A DNA stretch of 64,000 nucleotides from an uncultured Gemmatimonadales bacterium. GTDB lineage: Bacteria; Gemmatimonadota; Gemmatimonadetes; Gemmatimonadales; GWC2-71-9. Location: positions 1 to 64,000 of the forward strand of contig CAWJIM010000024.1 in NCBI GenBank assembly GCA_963842945.1, given 5' to 3'. The position numbers and the translations under genes were made by a program. Of this stretch, positions 20,591 through 30,406 are shown piece by piece. Under the pieces are notes generated by a model that did not search any database, was not told the origin of the DNA, and worked only from the letters and a program-made list of their open reading frames with translations. The first letter of the stretch is position 1. Each line of letters starts with the position of its first letter.

Positions 20591-21483
20591 AGTTCCTGCT
20601 CGCCGCCCAGCGGGGTGGGGTGCGGTTCGACCGCACGGCGATGCTTGGACGGCAGGAGCTGTTCATCGATCCGGTTACGCTCCACCGCCTGCTCCAAAGT
20701 TCGGGTCTCGCCGCCAATCGTGCTGAAACGGAACGGCTGCTGACTGAGGCAAACGGATATGCCGAGCCGCTGCTCCGCCGGCTTGGCGCCCAGCAGATCT
20801 CCTCGGTCGACGCGTCGCACTACGAGCAGGCGTCGCTGGTGCATGACATGAACAACCCGATCCCGGACTCGCTGAAGAGCGCATTTTCCGCGGTGATCGA
20901 CGCCGGCACTCTGGAGCACGTGTTTAACTTCCCCGTCGCCCTGAAGAACTGTATGGAGATGGTGCAGGAAGGGGGACATCTTCTGCTGATGACGCCGGCC
21001 AACAACTTCATGGGACATGGCTTTTATCAGTTCAGCCCGGAGCTGTTCTTTCGGGTTCTGTCCGCCGACAACGGCTATGAGGTGGTGAGAGCCATTGTCT
21101 GCGAAACCAGTCCAGACGCCCCCTGGTATGAGGTGGTGGATCCAGCCATAGCAGGACGCAGGGTGGAGATGCTCAGCAGTGCCCCCATGTATCTCCTGAT
21201 TCAGGCCCGAAGAGCGCGGAAATGTCCAGTCTTCGACACAACCCCGCAACAGAGCGACTATACCATCCTGTGGCAGGACAACCCCGGTGAGCGGCGCGAG
21301 GCCGGCGCATCGAGACCTTCGCTGCCGGTCCGCGCCGTGCGGGGGATAGCACGACGCCTCAGCTTGGCCTATCGGAAAGTGGCGCCGGTTGGTCTTCAGC
21401 TCAGCAGAAGGCGTCCCGATTCCACCGTGTTTATACCGGTAGCCTGGGATCGGCCCATCAGCTCCGCCCGGCCAAAATCCTAA
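20566..21483 (+). CDS. SAM-dependent methyltransferase-like protein
   Basis: LGRQ, SVDASHYEQA, VIDAGTLEHVFN, GHGFYQFSPE; GTG start after GGAGA. Confidence 0.75.
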   Translation: MGFDVQGIKFLLAAQRGGVRFDRTAMLGRQELFIDPVTLHRLLQSSGLAANRAETERLLTEANGYAEPLLRRLGAQQISSVDASHYEQASLVHDMNNPIPDSLKSAFSAVIDAGTLEHVFNFPVALKNCMEMVQEGGHLLLMTPANNFMGHGFYQFSPELFFRVLSADNGYEVVRAIVCETSPDAPWYEVVDPAIAGRRVEMLSSAPMYLLIQARRARKCPVFDTTPQQSDYTILWQDNPGERREAGASRPSLPVRAVRGIARRLSLAYRKVAPVGLQLSRRRPDSTVFIPVAWDRPISSARPKS

Positions 21484-22370
21484 TGCAGCCGCTCGTTTCC
21501 ATCATTCTCCCCACGTACAATGGCGCCCGGTATCTGGCCGAGGCAATCGAGAGTTGCCTACGCCAGACCTATCGCAACTGGGAGCTCATCCTGGTGGATG
21601 ATTGCTCGGTGGATGCTACGCCGGACGTCATTACCGGTTTCGTGACGCGCGATACCCGGATCAGAAGCATCCGGCACGAGCGCAACCGTAAGTTGCCTGA
21701 GGCGCTGAACACCGGCCACGCCGCTGCCCGCGGCGAGTATTTGACCTGGACCTCGGATGACAACCGGCTGCTGCCGACCACGCTCGAGGAGCTCACGGCC
21801 TACCTCGACCAGCATCCAGCAATCGGTCTGGTCTACGCCGATTCCGTGCTCATCGATGAGGCGGGACGGCGGGTGCGGGATTATCCCTCGAAGCCGGCAT
21901 CGAAGCTGGCCTACATGAATGCGGTGGGCCCCTGTTTCCTCTATCGCCGAGCGGTGTACCAGAGCGTCGGTTCGTACAATCCCCAGCTGTTCCTGGCCGA
22001 AGACTACGATTACTGGCTTCGAGTCTACCGAAGGTTCGAGATCGCGCAGCTTCAGAAAACGCTGTACGAGTACCGCTGGCACGGCCAGTCACTCACCAAT
22101 ACCGCTCCGGGCAACGCCGTCTGGGTCGGCGTGGAGAAGACGCTCCGGACAAACCTGCCGCACCTGACGCGTCCATCGGCACCCGATCGGGCGCGCGGCT
22201 GGATCGTGGTCGCGGCTACCGCAGCTCGCCGCGGCGCCCCGCTTCGGGCCATCGGCTCGTTCGTCCGGGCCCTCGGCACGGCTCCGGGGTTTTCCTTGGG
22301 ATATATCGGCTCCAAGGTCCTGGAAAAGGCCAAGGCCGGACGAGCCAACGGCAGGTCATCCGCCGGCTAG
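21483..22370 (+). CDS. Glycosyltransferase family 2
   Basis: VSIILPTYN, VDDCSVD, WTSDDN, AEDYDYWLR. Confidence 0.93.
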   Translation: MQPLVSIILPTYNGARYLAEAIESCLRQTYRNWELILVDDCSVDATPDVITGFVTRDTRIRSIRHERNRKLPEALNTGHAAARGEYLTWTSDDNRLLPTTLEELTAYLDQHPAIGLVYADSVLIDEAGRRVRDYPSKPASKLAYMNAVGPCFLYRRAVYQSVGSYNPQLFLAEDYDYWLRVYRRFEIAQLQKTLYEYRWHGQSLTNTAPGNAVWVGVEKTLRTNLPHLTRPSAPDRARGWIVVAATAARRGAPLRAIGSFVRALGTAPGFSLGYIGSKVLEKAKAGRANGRSSAG

Positions 22371-23512
22371 GTCCTTCCTCCAAAGAGCCTCAGGAGCTGG
22401 TCGGCAGCGCGGCCGGGATCCCCCCACTCGACCGCTCGTTTCGCCATGTCCTCCTGCGGCCACGATCGCGCGCCTTGAATCAGCTCGCGAGTTGCCCGGG
22501 CAAAGCCGGGCTCGTCGCCATGAGGGACGAGAAACTGCTGAGGCAGTAGCTCGACCAGACCATCTACCGCGTAGGCTACCACAGGAACGCCAGCGCTGGC
22601 TGCCTGCAGCGCCGTCTGGGGCAGACCCTCGAAGTGGGAGGGCAGCAGCACGGCATCCAGCAGCGGGATCAGACCTCCGGCATCCTGGCGCCAGCCCAGG
22701 AAGCTGACGCTGGAGGCCAGTCCCATGCGTTCAGCCAGGCGCCTGATCGCGGGCAGGTCAGGTCCGTCACCAATGACGACCAGATGCACGGGGAGCCCGT
22801 CATGGAGCAGCTGCGCGGTGATTCGCAGCGCGGCATCCTGGCCCTTCTGCCGCAGCTGGACCCGTCCCACCAGCCCCAACAGAAATCGTTGCGGGAGATT
22901 GTGCGTGGCCCGCAGAGTCTGACGCTCGCTCTGGCTTACGGCGGGTTGGAGTGGTGCAGTCGGCGGATGGATTATCGCTGGCACGGGGAGCGCATAGCGA
23001 CCGGCGAGCTGGAGTGCGCCCGCTCTGGATACAGTGAGCAACCGGTCGAATCGTGCCAGAAATGATGCGACCATGGTGTCCCGCACTAACCCCAGCCGAG
23101 TGCCGAGCCTGCTGGGCGGCTGCACCAGGTGGAGCAGTCCCCAGACTGGTAGATGGGCTGAGACTCGCCGGGCCGCGTCGAGCACGGCTTGACCCCGCTC
23201 GACGGTGGGCAGGTTCACCAGGAGTGCAGCGGGATCAATTTTTCGAATTACGGCCGCGAGCTCCTGGGCCACCGGTTGTCGGAGGAGTGCGTGAAGATTG
23301 GTGAACGTCCCAGGGTAGAGAGGGCGGCTGCAGCGGTGAACCGTGACCTGCTGGTCCAGCAGTGAGGCATATGCGTGCTTGTGCGATCTCCACGCCGTCT
23401 CGCTCAACGCCAGGTGCACCTCGGCGCGCCGAGCCAGCGACCGGGAAAGCTCGAGAAAGGACAGCTCCGCTCCGCCCAGGTTCTCCTCTTCGATGACCAG
23501 CAGAAGACGCAT
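22367..23512 (-). CDS. Glycosyltransferase family 4
   Basis: GGAE, VGRVQLRQKG, PSHFEGLPQTALQA. Confidence 0.88.
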   Translation of the reverse strand: MRLLLVIEEENLGGAELSFLELSRSLARRAEVHLALSETAWRSHKHAYASLLDQQVTVHRCSRPLYPGTFTNLHALLRQPVAQELAAVIRKIDPAALLVNLPTVERGQAVLDAARRVSAHLPVWGLLHLVQPPSRLGTRLGLVRDTMVASFLARFDRLLTVSRAGALQLAGRYALPVPAIIHPPTAPLQPAVSQSERQTLRATHNLPQRFLLGLVGRVQLRQKGQDAALRITAQLLHDGLPVHLVVIGDGPDLPAIRRLAERMGLASSVSFLGWRQDAGGLIPLLDAVLLPSHFEGLPQTALQAASAGVPVVAYAVDGLVELLPQQFLVPHGDEPGFARATRELIQGARSWPQEDMAKRAVEWGDPGRAADQLLRLFGGRT

Positions 23513-23600
23513 GGACCAGACCGGCAAACCTGAATTGTTGCTGGAAACCCGCTCGAGGTGCTCTATGGTGCAGCGAAGAAGGCGAGGTCGGTGGGTGGGA

Positions 23601-25193
23601 TCAGCCGGCGCCCCGCATGTAGAGGACCGCGGGAATGGTCTTCAGGAGAATGCCGAGATCCTTCCAGAGTGTCCATTCCCGGATGTAGTCGATCTCCAGT
23701 CGGATGACCTCCTCGAAGTCGGTAATGAGGTTCCGGCCGTTGACCTGCCAGGGACCCGTGATACCCGGCTTCACATCGAAGCGGGTATAGTGGTGCTCCT
23801 CGTAGAGATCGACCTCGGCGGGCAGCGGCGGGCGGGGACCCACCAGCGACATGTTGCCACTCAAGACATTCCACAGCTGGGGTAGCTCGTCCAGACTGGT
23901 TCTGCGCAGGAAGGCTCCTAGCCGCGTGACCCGCGGATCGTCCTTGATCTTGAACAGCCGGAGGTCATTGTAGAGGCTGCGTGGAGCCAGGTCTTGCCGC
24001 AGGGCCTCCGCGTCGTGCACCATGCTCCGAAACTTGGTGATCTTGAACAACCTGCCACCCAGCCCTACCCGCGTCTGCCGGAAGAAGATCGGCCCCGGGG
24101 AGGAGATATAGATGGCGATGGCAACGAGGCCGAACAGCGGTAGGAGCAGAGCCATGCCCAGCCCCGAGATGACCAGGTCCAGGGTGCGCTTCATCAACAG
24201 CTGCCGTCCCCGAAGGCCGGGGCGGTTGAGAGCGATGAGCGGAGCGCCCCGACTCCATACCATACGTGACTCGACCCCGCCAACCACGAAGGTCCTCGGG
24301 ATGGCGATGAGCTGGCAACCGGCGGCTCCGGCCGCGTCGATCACTAGAGCCAAGGCCCGGTCGTCCAACGGGCCGCTGAGCACGACCGTATCGGCCCGGT
24401 AGCGCTTGAGCGTCTGACACAGCCGAGCAAAGCCCTCCTGACCCTGAAGGCTCAGCTCTTCGGGGTCCAGGATGCCACCGACAGCGTAAGATCGGGCATC
24501 CGCCAGAGTCGGATGCTCCAGGGCCCGCAGCGTATGCTCCCCCCGGCTGATCAGCAGCGCGCGGGCCGCACCCGGGCCGATGGGCCAGAGCTTGAGTACC
24601 GCCTGGTCGATGAGGTAACGCTCGGTGATCAGAGTGAGACCGATCAGGCCCGCCAGCAGGATGAAGCCGGGAAGCAGCAGCGGTGAGAAGTGGCCCCAGA
24701 GATAGCCCCAGAATGGAAGCGCGAGGCCCAGGGTCGCTCCGGCCACCAGCCGGCCGGCATCCCGCCGCCGATCACTCGCCCCATAGGTGTCCACGGCGAT
24801 CAGCCCCAGAAGCACTGCGGGCACCAGCTGGACCAGGGGAAGCCCGCCTGGCGGAATAATCTGGTTGACCAGCTCGCTAATGACGGGTCCGAACCAGCCC
24901 ACGTCGCGGACACCGCGGACCACCATGCGCAGCAGCAGCAAGGCGATCGTATCGCCAGCCAGAAGGACCGAGACGCGAACCGCCGTGCGCACCAAGTGGA
25001 TGCGCATCATCTGCGGCGCCCGCTGGGTCAGAGCGAGTCGGGCTGGAGCTGTCTTAGTGCGTGGGGTTCCGCCGGAAACCGCGCTGGGCGCTGAGGCGAG
25101 CCCTGGGGCCGCCGTGGAGCCGGAGAAGCGGGGTTCGAGTGAAGGCTGACCTACCGCAGACATGGTTCCAATCGCAACATGAGCTCCGATCAC
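23601..25193 (-). CDS. Priming undecaprenyl-phosphate hexose-1-phosphate transferase (WbaP/WcaJ family)
   Basis: [47 protein letters not shown]. Confidence 0.93.
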   Translation of the reverse strand: MIGAHVAIGTMSAVGQPSLEPRFSGSTAAPGLASAPSAVSGGTPRTKTAPARLALTQRAPQMMRIHLVRTAVRVSVLLAGDTIALLLLRMVVRGVRDVGWFGPVISELVNQIIPPGGLPLVQLVPAVLLGLIAVDTYGASDRRRDAGRLVAGATLGLALPFWGYLWGHFSPLLLPGFILLAGLIGLTLITERYLIDQAVLKLWPIGPGAARALLISRGEHTLRALEHPTLADARSYAVGGILDPEELSLQGQEGFARLCQTLKRYRADTVVLSGPLDDRALALVIDAAGAAGCQLIAIPRTFVVGGVESRMVWSRGAPLIALNRPGLRGRQLLMKRTLDLVISGLGMALLLPLFGLVAIAIYISSPGPIFFRQTRVGLGGRLFKITKFRSMVHDAEALRQDLAPRSLYNDLRLFKIKDDPRVTRLGAFLRRTSLDELPQLWNVLSGNMSLVGPRPPLPAEVDLYEEHHYTRFDVKPGITGPWQVNGRNLITDFEEVIRLEIDYIREWTLWKDLGILLKTIPAVLYMRGAG

Positions 25194-25269
25194 TTCCTAC
25201 ATAAAGCCGACACAGAGTCCCCTTAGTCGTGTCGGTTTATTCCATTTCCGTGAAAACATGGGGCTGGTA

Positions 25270-25286
25270 AGCAAGTCATGAGCCAG
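25270..25286 (-). promoter_or_regulatory. Candidate sigma54 -24/-12 promoter
   Basis: CTGGCTCATGACTTGCT (GG-N10-GC), intergenic, upstream of the priming transferase. Confidence 0.55.
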
Positions 25287-25408
25287 CCCCCTCGAAGTCT
25301 CGGCGAACATACCTAAAACAAAGTCAGCCGCAAGCCTACACTTCGCATAGGTAGATCGTGAAAATGGGGAAATCCAGGCTGAGCGTACTGATTGGGTAAC
25401 TGCGCGGG

Positions 25409-26524
25409 TCAGAACGACACAAGGCTCCCGTACTGCGTTTTCATCCACTCGCGGTACCGTCCGTCCATCGAGCTCCTCCACCACTCCTCATGCTCGAGGT
25501 ACCAGGTCACCGTCTGTCGCAGGCCGCTCTCCAGCGTCTTCTCCGGCCTGAACCCCAGCTCCTGCTCGATCTTCTTGTTTGACGTGGCATAGCGGCGATC
25601 ATGCCCGGGGCGGTCTGCCACGTGGGTGATGAGCGAGGCCGCCCCGGCCGCCGGTCCCGCCGGGCTTCGGGGGTATCGCCGGCTCAGCGAGGGATCCTCG
25701 GCAAAGCACTGGTCCAGAATTGCCGTCAGCAGGCGCACCAGGTCGATATTGGTCGATTCCGATTGGCCTCCCACGTTGTAGGTCTCACCGGCCTGGCCCT
25801 GAAGCAGGACTTGTTCGACCGCGCGGCAATGGTCATGGACCTGGAGCCAATCCCGCACCTGGAGGCCGTCGCCATAGATGGGGAGCGGCTTGCCTTCGAG
25901 GACGTGCACGATGACGAGTGGAATCAACTTCTCGGGATGCTGGTAGGCGCCGTAATTGTTGGAACAGTTCGTGATCGTGATCGGGAGGCCGTAGGTGCGA
26001 TGGTAGGCCCGCACCAGATGGTCGCTGGCCGCCTTGCTCGCGGCATAGGGCGAGCTCGGACGGTAGGGCTTTCTTCGGTGAAGGGTGGATCGTCAGGATC
26101 CGAGCGACCCGTACACTTCGTCGGTCGAAATGTGGTGAAACCGGGTATGGTCCCCCCCACCAGCTTCGTCCAGCCAGACCGTCCGGGCGGCTTTCAGCAA
26201 CTGGTGCGTGCCGAGCACGTTGGTCTGCAGAAACGGATCGGGACCCGCTATGGATCGGTCCACGTGCGATTCGGCGGCAAAGTGCACCAGCCGGGATATG
26301 GCATGCTCTCGCAGCAGGTTCTCGGCCAGTCCAGGGGTTCCTATATCGCCCTGCACAAACTTGAGGCGGCGATCGGTGAGCGCCGATCCCAGACTGGCAA
26401 GGTTCCCCGCATAGGTTAGCGCGTCCAGCACCACGATCGCGTCGTCGGGGTGCGTCTGGAGCCAGTAATGGGTGAAGTTGGCGCCGATGAATCCCGCGCC
26501 GCCGGTGATCAGGAGATTGGACAC
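25409..26524 (-). CDS. rfbB: dTDP-glucose 4,6-dehydratase; indels near 26040-26100
   Basis: [57 protein letters not shown]. Confidence 0.92.
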
Positions 26525-26552
26525 GCGGGGTCACCGGGCGAACGGAAAGGAA

Positions 26553-27632
26553 TTAATACTCGAGTGGCAAGGCAACACGCCGCCCATCCCGGGCGGAGAG
26601 ATAGGTGGCGATGAGAATTTCCAGGGAGTGGAGTCCTTCGCGGCCGTCGGTGTCGGGCTTGGCTTCGCCTCGGAGTGACTGAATGACGTTGTCGTAGTAC
26701 AGCGGGTGGCCAAAGCCATATACCGAAGTTGTCTCGTAGCTGGCCTGCTCGATCCTGGAATCATCCGGGTCGGTGTCGGCAAACTCCCAGTGATCGATTC
26801 GATTCACCGCCACGCCGCCAATCCGCACCGTCCCCTTCTCCCCGATAATGGTGATCGACCCCTCGAGGTTCTTGGGATAGGTCAGCATCGTCACGTTCAT
26901 GGACCCCAACGCCCCAGTGCGCCAGCGGATACTGACCACCCCGGTGTCTTCCACCTGGATGTTCCGCTCCAGTGTCGCGGTATATGCCTGGACGCTCTCT
27001 ACCGGACCAATCAGCCAGTCCAGCAGGTCCACGTAGTGGCTCGCCTGATTCATGAACGCGCCGCCGTCGAACTCCCAGGTGCCTCGCCACGGAGCGCTGT
27101 CGTAGTATGACTGGGGTCTGCTCCAGAAGACGTTGATCGTCACCATGTAGATCCGCCCGAACCGGCCCTTCTCCACGGCGCGCTTGAGCAGGTGGAGGGT
27201 AGCGTTGCGGCGGTTTTGCTTGACGACGAACAGGTGAACTCCGGCCAGATCGCAGGCGTGCACCATCCGTTTGCCGTCCTGCCAGCGGGTCGCCATCGGC
27301 TTCTCGGTCATCACATGGCGGCCGGCCTCGGCCACCTGCACCGCCTGGTCTGCGTGCAAGCCGCTGGGCGTCGCCAGGATCACGACGTCGGCATTGGTGC
27401 CGGCAAGCAGCGTATCGAGCGAGCGGAAGCCAGGCGCGCCAGTCCGCTCCTCCGCTTTCCGCAGGGCCGCGGGATCGACATCGCACACGCCGACCAGCTC
27501 GGCGCGGCCGGCGTGCTTCTCGATAGCGTCGAAGTGATTGGCGGAGATGCGTCCGCAACCCACCAGCGCAAACCGGATGCGCCGGTCGGTGACGAAAGGC
27601 TTGGTGATGAACATCGGGCCTGGGGTTTCCAC
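26553..27632 (-). CDS. Gfo/Idh/MocA oxidoreductase, WlbA/WbpB-like UDP-GlcNAcA 3-dehydrogenase
   Basis: TDRRIRFALVGCGRIS, EKPMA, VVKQNRRN, WRGTWEFDGGAFMNQASHYVD, SVYGFGH; start GTG 27632 or ATG 27614. Confidence 0.85.
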   Translation of the reverse strand: METPGPMFITKPFVTDRRIRFALVGCGRISANHFDAIEKHAGRAELVGVCDVDPAALRKAEERTGAPGFRSLDTLLAGTNADVVILATPSGLHADQAVQVAEAGRHVMTEKPMATRWQDGKRMVHACDLAGVHLFVVKQNRRNATLHLLKRAVEKGRFGRIYMVTINVFWSRPQSYYDSAPWRGTWEFDGGAFMNQASHYVDLLDWLIGPVESVQAYTATLERNIQVEDTGVVSIRWRTGALGSMNVTMLTYPKNLEGSITIIGEKGTVRIGGVAVNRIDHWEFADTDPDDSRIEQASYETTSVYGFGHPLYYDNVIQSLRGEAKPDTDGREGLHSLEILIATYLSARDGRRVALPLEY

Positions 27633-27723
27633 GGCGGGTAGTATAGCAGGAGCAGCCTCTGCAAGGGATTGCGTGGGTTCCCCGGGAGGCGCCGGCTGGC
27701 GAAATTCAGATGCGGACGTTATC

Positions 27724-27741
27724 ATGTGAATAGTTTCACAA
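27724..27741. promoter_or_regulatory. Palindromic operator, Rex-type (also matches the CRP core)
   Basis: ATGTGAA-TAGT-TTCACAA, one mismatch from TTGTGAA-N4-TTCACAA; overlaps TATCAT -10 at 27720-27725. Confidence 0.7.
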
Positions 27742-27770
27742 GCGCCCTGCCTCAAGGAGATCCCATCGCT

Positions 27771-28907
27771 ATGGCAACCGCGACCCGACCCGTTTCCCCG
27801 CATGCGGCATACCCCGCGGAGGCCCTTCAGAAGCTGTTTGCTCCGCCAGAGACCGAGCAGCCCGCCGATAAGCTGCGCCGCCTGCTGCACGAGGCTCGCG
27901 CCCGGAAGTCCTATGTCCACACTGCCGGCGCGTACGACGCGTTCACCGCGGCGATCATGACCCGGCTTGGCTTCCAGGCCCTCTATGGAAGCGGATGGCA
28001 GCTTGCGGCCACCAAGAGCATGTTCCCCGACATCGGGGTGTACGCTTCACATGATATGGTCAAGCTGGTCCACGAGATGTGGATGGGCATCGAGGGCGCC
28101 CGCAATACCCACTATTACGACACCGATGGCAAGGAAATCCTGGAATGTCCGCCGGCGTTCGTCGACATGGAGGCAGGCTTCGGTGGGCCGACCCAAACGT
28201 TCACCCTGGCCGTCGAGCTGATCCGGGCACGTGCCGCCGGGGTGCACCTCGAGAATCAGGATCCGGCCAATCGGACCTGCGGGCACATCGTGAACGTGGG
28301 CAAGCAGAAGCGCAACAAGGTACTGGTACCGCGGAAGGACTGGCTGGCCAAGCTCAAGGCGATCAAAGCCGCGTCCCAGGCTACTGGAGTGGATGTGGTC
28401 AGCATCGCGCGGACCGATTCCATCGACGGGGCGCTTCCCGACCGCGAGCCGGGTGGGGTGAAGATGGCGGTGGAGGACGCCTGGGAAGCCGCCGAGCTGG
28501 GCGTGGATGTGATCTGGCCGGAGTTCAACAACACCGAAATTGACCAGCCCCAGGAGTTTGCCGAGGGGGTGCGGAAGTATTACCCCGACCAGATGCTGGG
28601 TTTCAACCTGTCTCCCTCGCTCTACTTCGGTAAGGCAAAAAAGGCCGGCACTTTGATTACCAACCAGCAGCTGGGCGAGCTGGGCTTCACCCTGCAGTTC
28701 TCCACCCTCTTCAACTTCAGAACCGCCGGCATGGCCCTGGAGAAGGGGCTCCGCAAGTTCCTGAAGAGCGGGATCGAGGCTCTCGCCGATCTTCAGATCG
28801 AGGAAGAAGAGCTGGGCGGCACGCCGCCCTCGACCAAAATGCACCAGAAGTTTGCCGGCATGAACCGCTGGTTAATTCTGGAGCAGGTCTTGTCCGGGGG
28901 CAGGTAA
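27771..28907 (+). CDS. aceA: Isocitrate lyase family protein (divergent)
   Basis: YGSGWQLAA, DMEAGFGG, HLENQ...RTCGH, ARTDS, FNLSPS, HQKFAG; AAGGAGA SD. Confidence 0.75.
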   Translation: MATATRPVSPHAAYPAEALQKLFAPPETEQPADKLRRLLHEARARKSYVHTAGAYDAFTAAIMTRLGFQALYGSGWQLAATKSMFPDIGVYASHDMVKLVHEMWMGIEGARNTHYYDTDGKEILECPPAFVDMEAGFGGPTQTFTLAVELIRARAAGVHLENQDPANRTCGHIVNVGKQKRNKVLVPRKDWLAKLKAIKAASQATGVDVVSIARTDSIDGALPDREPGGVKMAVEDAWEAAELGVDVIWPEFNNTEIDQPQEFAEGVRKYYPDQMLGFNLSPSLYFGKAKKAGTLITNQQLGELGFTLQFSTLFNFRTAGMALEKGLRKFLKSGIEALADLQIEEEELGGTPPSTKMHQKFAGMNRWLILEQVLSGGR

Positions 28908-28910
28908 AAA

Positions 28911-29063
28911 GCAAAAGGCGTAAGCGGGACTAGGACAAACGTAAGCGGTGAGCGGGTGGTTCCGAAAACGTGAGACCCTCCGCTGTCATTGACCTCGGAG
29001 GGTCTTGCGCGGGCAGTTCCCGCTTACCGCTTACGCTCGTTCTAGTCCCGCTCACGTTTTTTT
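28911..29063. terminator. Long nested hairpin, probable bidirectional terminator between convergent aceA and hflX
   Basis: About 44-bp imperfect outer stem with GTRAGCG units, inner stem 28969-29009, A-tract left and T-tract right. Confidence 0.75.
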
Positions 29064-29065
29064 AG

Positions 29066-30391
29066 CTACCCGCTGGCTTTACGCAGCCGGATCCGCTCGG
29101 CCGCATCATTAATGACTTCCATGCCGGTCCGGCGCAGACGCTCCAGCTTCGACGGCTCGAGCCGGACCATCATCTCGTAGCACTCGCCCACCTGATCCCG
29201 GCTTAGCACCTCACCTTCACGGTACAGCTCGGCCAGCCGGGCTCCTTCGCCCAGCGGAACGCGAACCCTGACGGCCACCCGGCCGGCCCGTTCCAGCTCA
29301 CGCAGGCGCGCCTTCAGCGGGGCCAGGCCGTCGGTCCTCATGGTGCTGGTGATGACGGCCGTGGGGTGGAGCTCGCGCACCCGGCGGGTGAAGCCGGAGG
29401 CATCCGATACCGCATCGATCTTGTTGAACACCAGCAGGACCGGCCGGTCGGCGAGGCCGAGCTCCGAAAGAACCTTTTCCACCACCGTGAGCTGCCCCTC
29501 CCAGTCGTGGTGACTCGCGTCGACGACATGCAGCAGCACGTCGGCTGCACGAGCCTCTTCCAGCGTGGCCCGGAAGCTGGCGACCAGGTGGTGCGGCAGC
29601 TTGCGAATGAAGCCCACCGTATCGGTGACGCGGGCCCGTTGGTTCTCGCCCAGATCCACCTCGCGGGTCAGGGTGTCGAGCGTGGCGAAGAGTCGGTCTT
29701 CCACCACGATCTCATGCTGGCCTGACAGCCCGCGGAGAATGCTCGACTTCCCGGCATTGGTATAACCCACCAGCGCCACGCTGAGCATGGGATCGCGACC
29801 GGACCGGATGTTCTCCCGGTGCTTCTCGACGTCCTTGAGCTTGCCTTTGAGCCCCTGGATTTTCCGGCGGATGATTCTCCGGTCGGTTTCCAACTGGGTT
29901 TCGCCCGGACCCCGAAGCCCGATGCCGCCCCGGATTCGGGACAGGTGAGTCCACATGCGGGTCAGCCGCGGAAGCAAATACTCCAGCTGGGCCAGCTCGA
30001 CCTGAAGCTTGGCCTCGTGGCTACGCGCCCGGGTCGAAAAGATGTCCAGAATGACTTCGGCCCGGTCCATGACCCGCACCTTGAGCTCGCGCTCGAGGTT
30101 GACCCCCTGCACCGGGGAAAGCTCTTCATCGAAGATGACCAGCGACGCATCGGCCGAAGCGACCTCGTCGGCCACCTCTTCGACTTTCCCCTCACCAATG
30201 AGCGTGGCGGGATTGGGGGCTGCAATGTGTTGAGAGATTCGACCGACGACCTCGGCGCCCGCAGTGTCGACCAGGCGGGTGAGTTCCTCGAGGTGTTCCG
30301 TCACGTGCCGCGCATCGGGCGAGCCTTTGCGAGGCGCGGCTACCAACACGACCCGCTCGATGGGATCGCGGACTGGAATCAGCGATCTAAT
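29066..30391 (-). CDS. hflX: Ribosome-splitting GTPase HflX (proposed ATT start 30391; ORF track start 30349)
   Basis: ERVVLV, LRGPGETQLETDRR, GYTNAGKSS, LFATLD, DTVGFI, NKID. Confidence 0.95.
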   Translation of the reverse strand: MRSLIPVRDPIERVVLVAAPRKGSPDARHVTEHLEELTRLVDTAGAEVVGRISQHIAAPNPATLIGEGKVEEVADEVASADASLVIFDEELSPVQGVNLERELKVRVMDRAEVILDIFSTRARSHEAKLQVELAQLEYLLPRLTRMWTHLSRIRGGIGLRGPGETQLETDRRIIRRKIQGLKGKLKDVEKHRENIRSGRDPMLSVALVGYTNAGKSSILRGLSGQHEIVVEDRLFATLDTLTREVDLGENQRARVTDTVGFIRKLPHHLVASFRATLEEARAADVLLHVVDASHHDWEGQLTVVEKVLSELGLADRPVLLVFNKIDAVSDASGFTRRVRELHPTAVITSTMRTDGLAPLKARLRELERAGRVAVRVRVPLGEGARLAELYREGEVLSRDQVGECYEMMVRLEPSKLERLRRTGMEVINDAAERIRLRKASG

Positions 30392-30406
30392 AGGTGGCCT
30401 TTCCTT

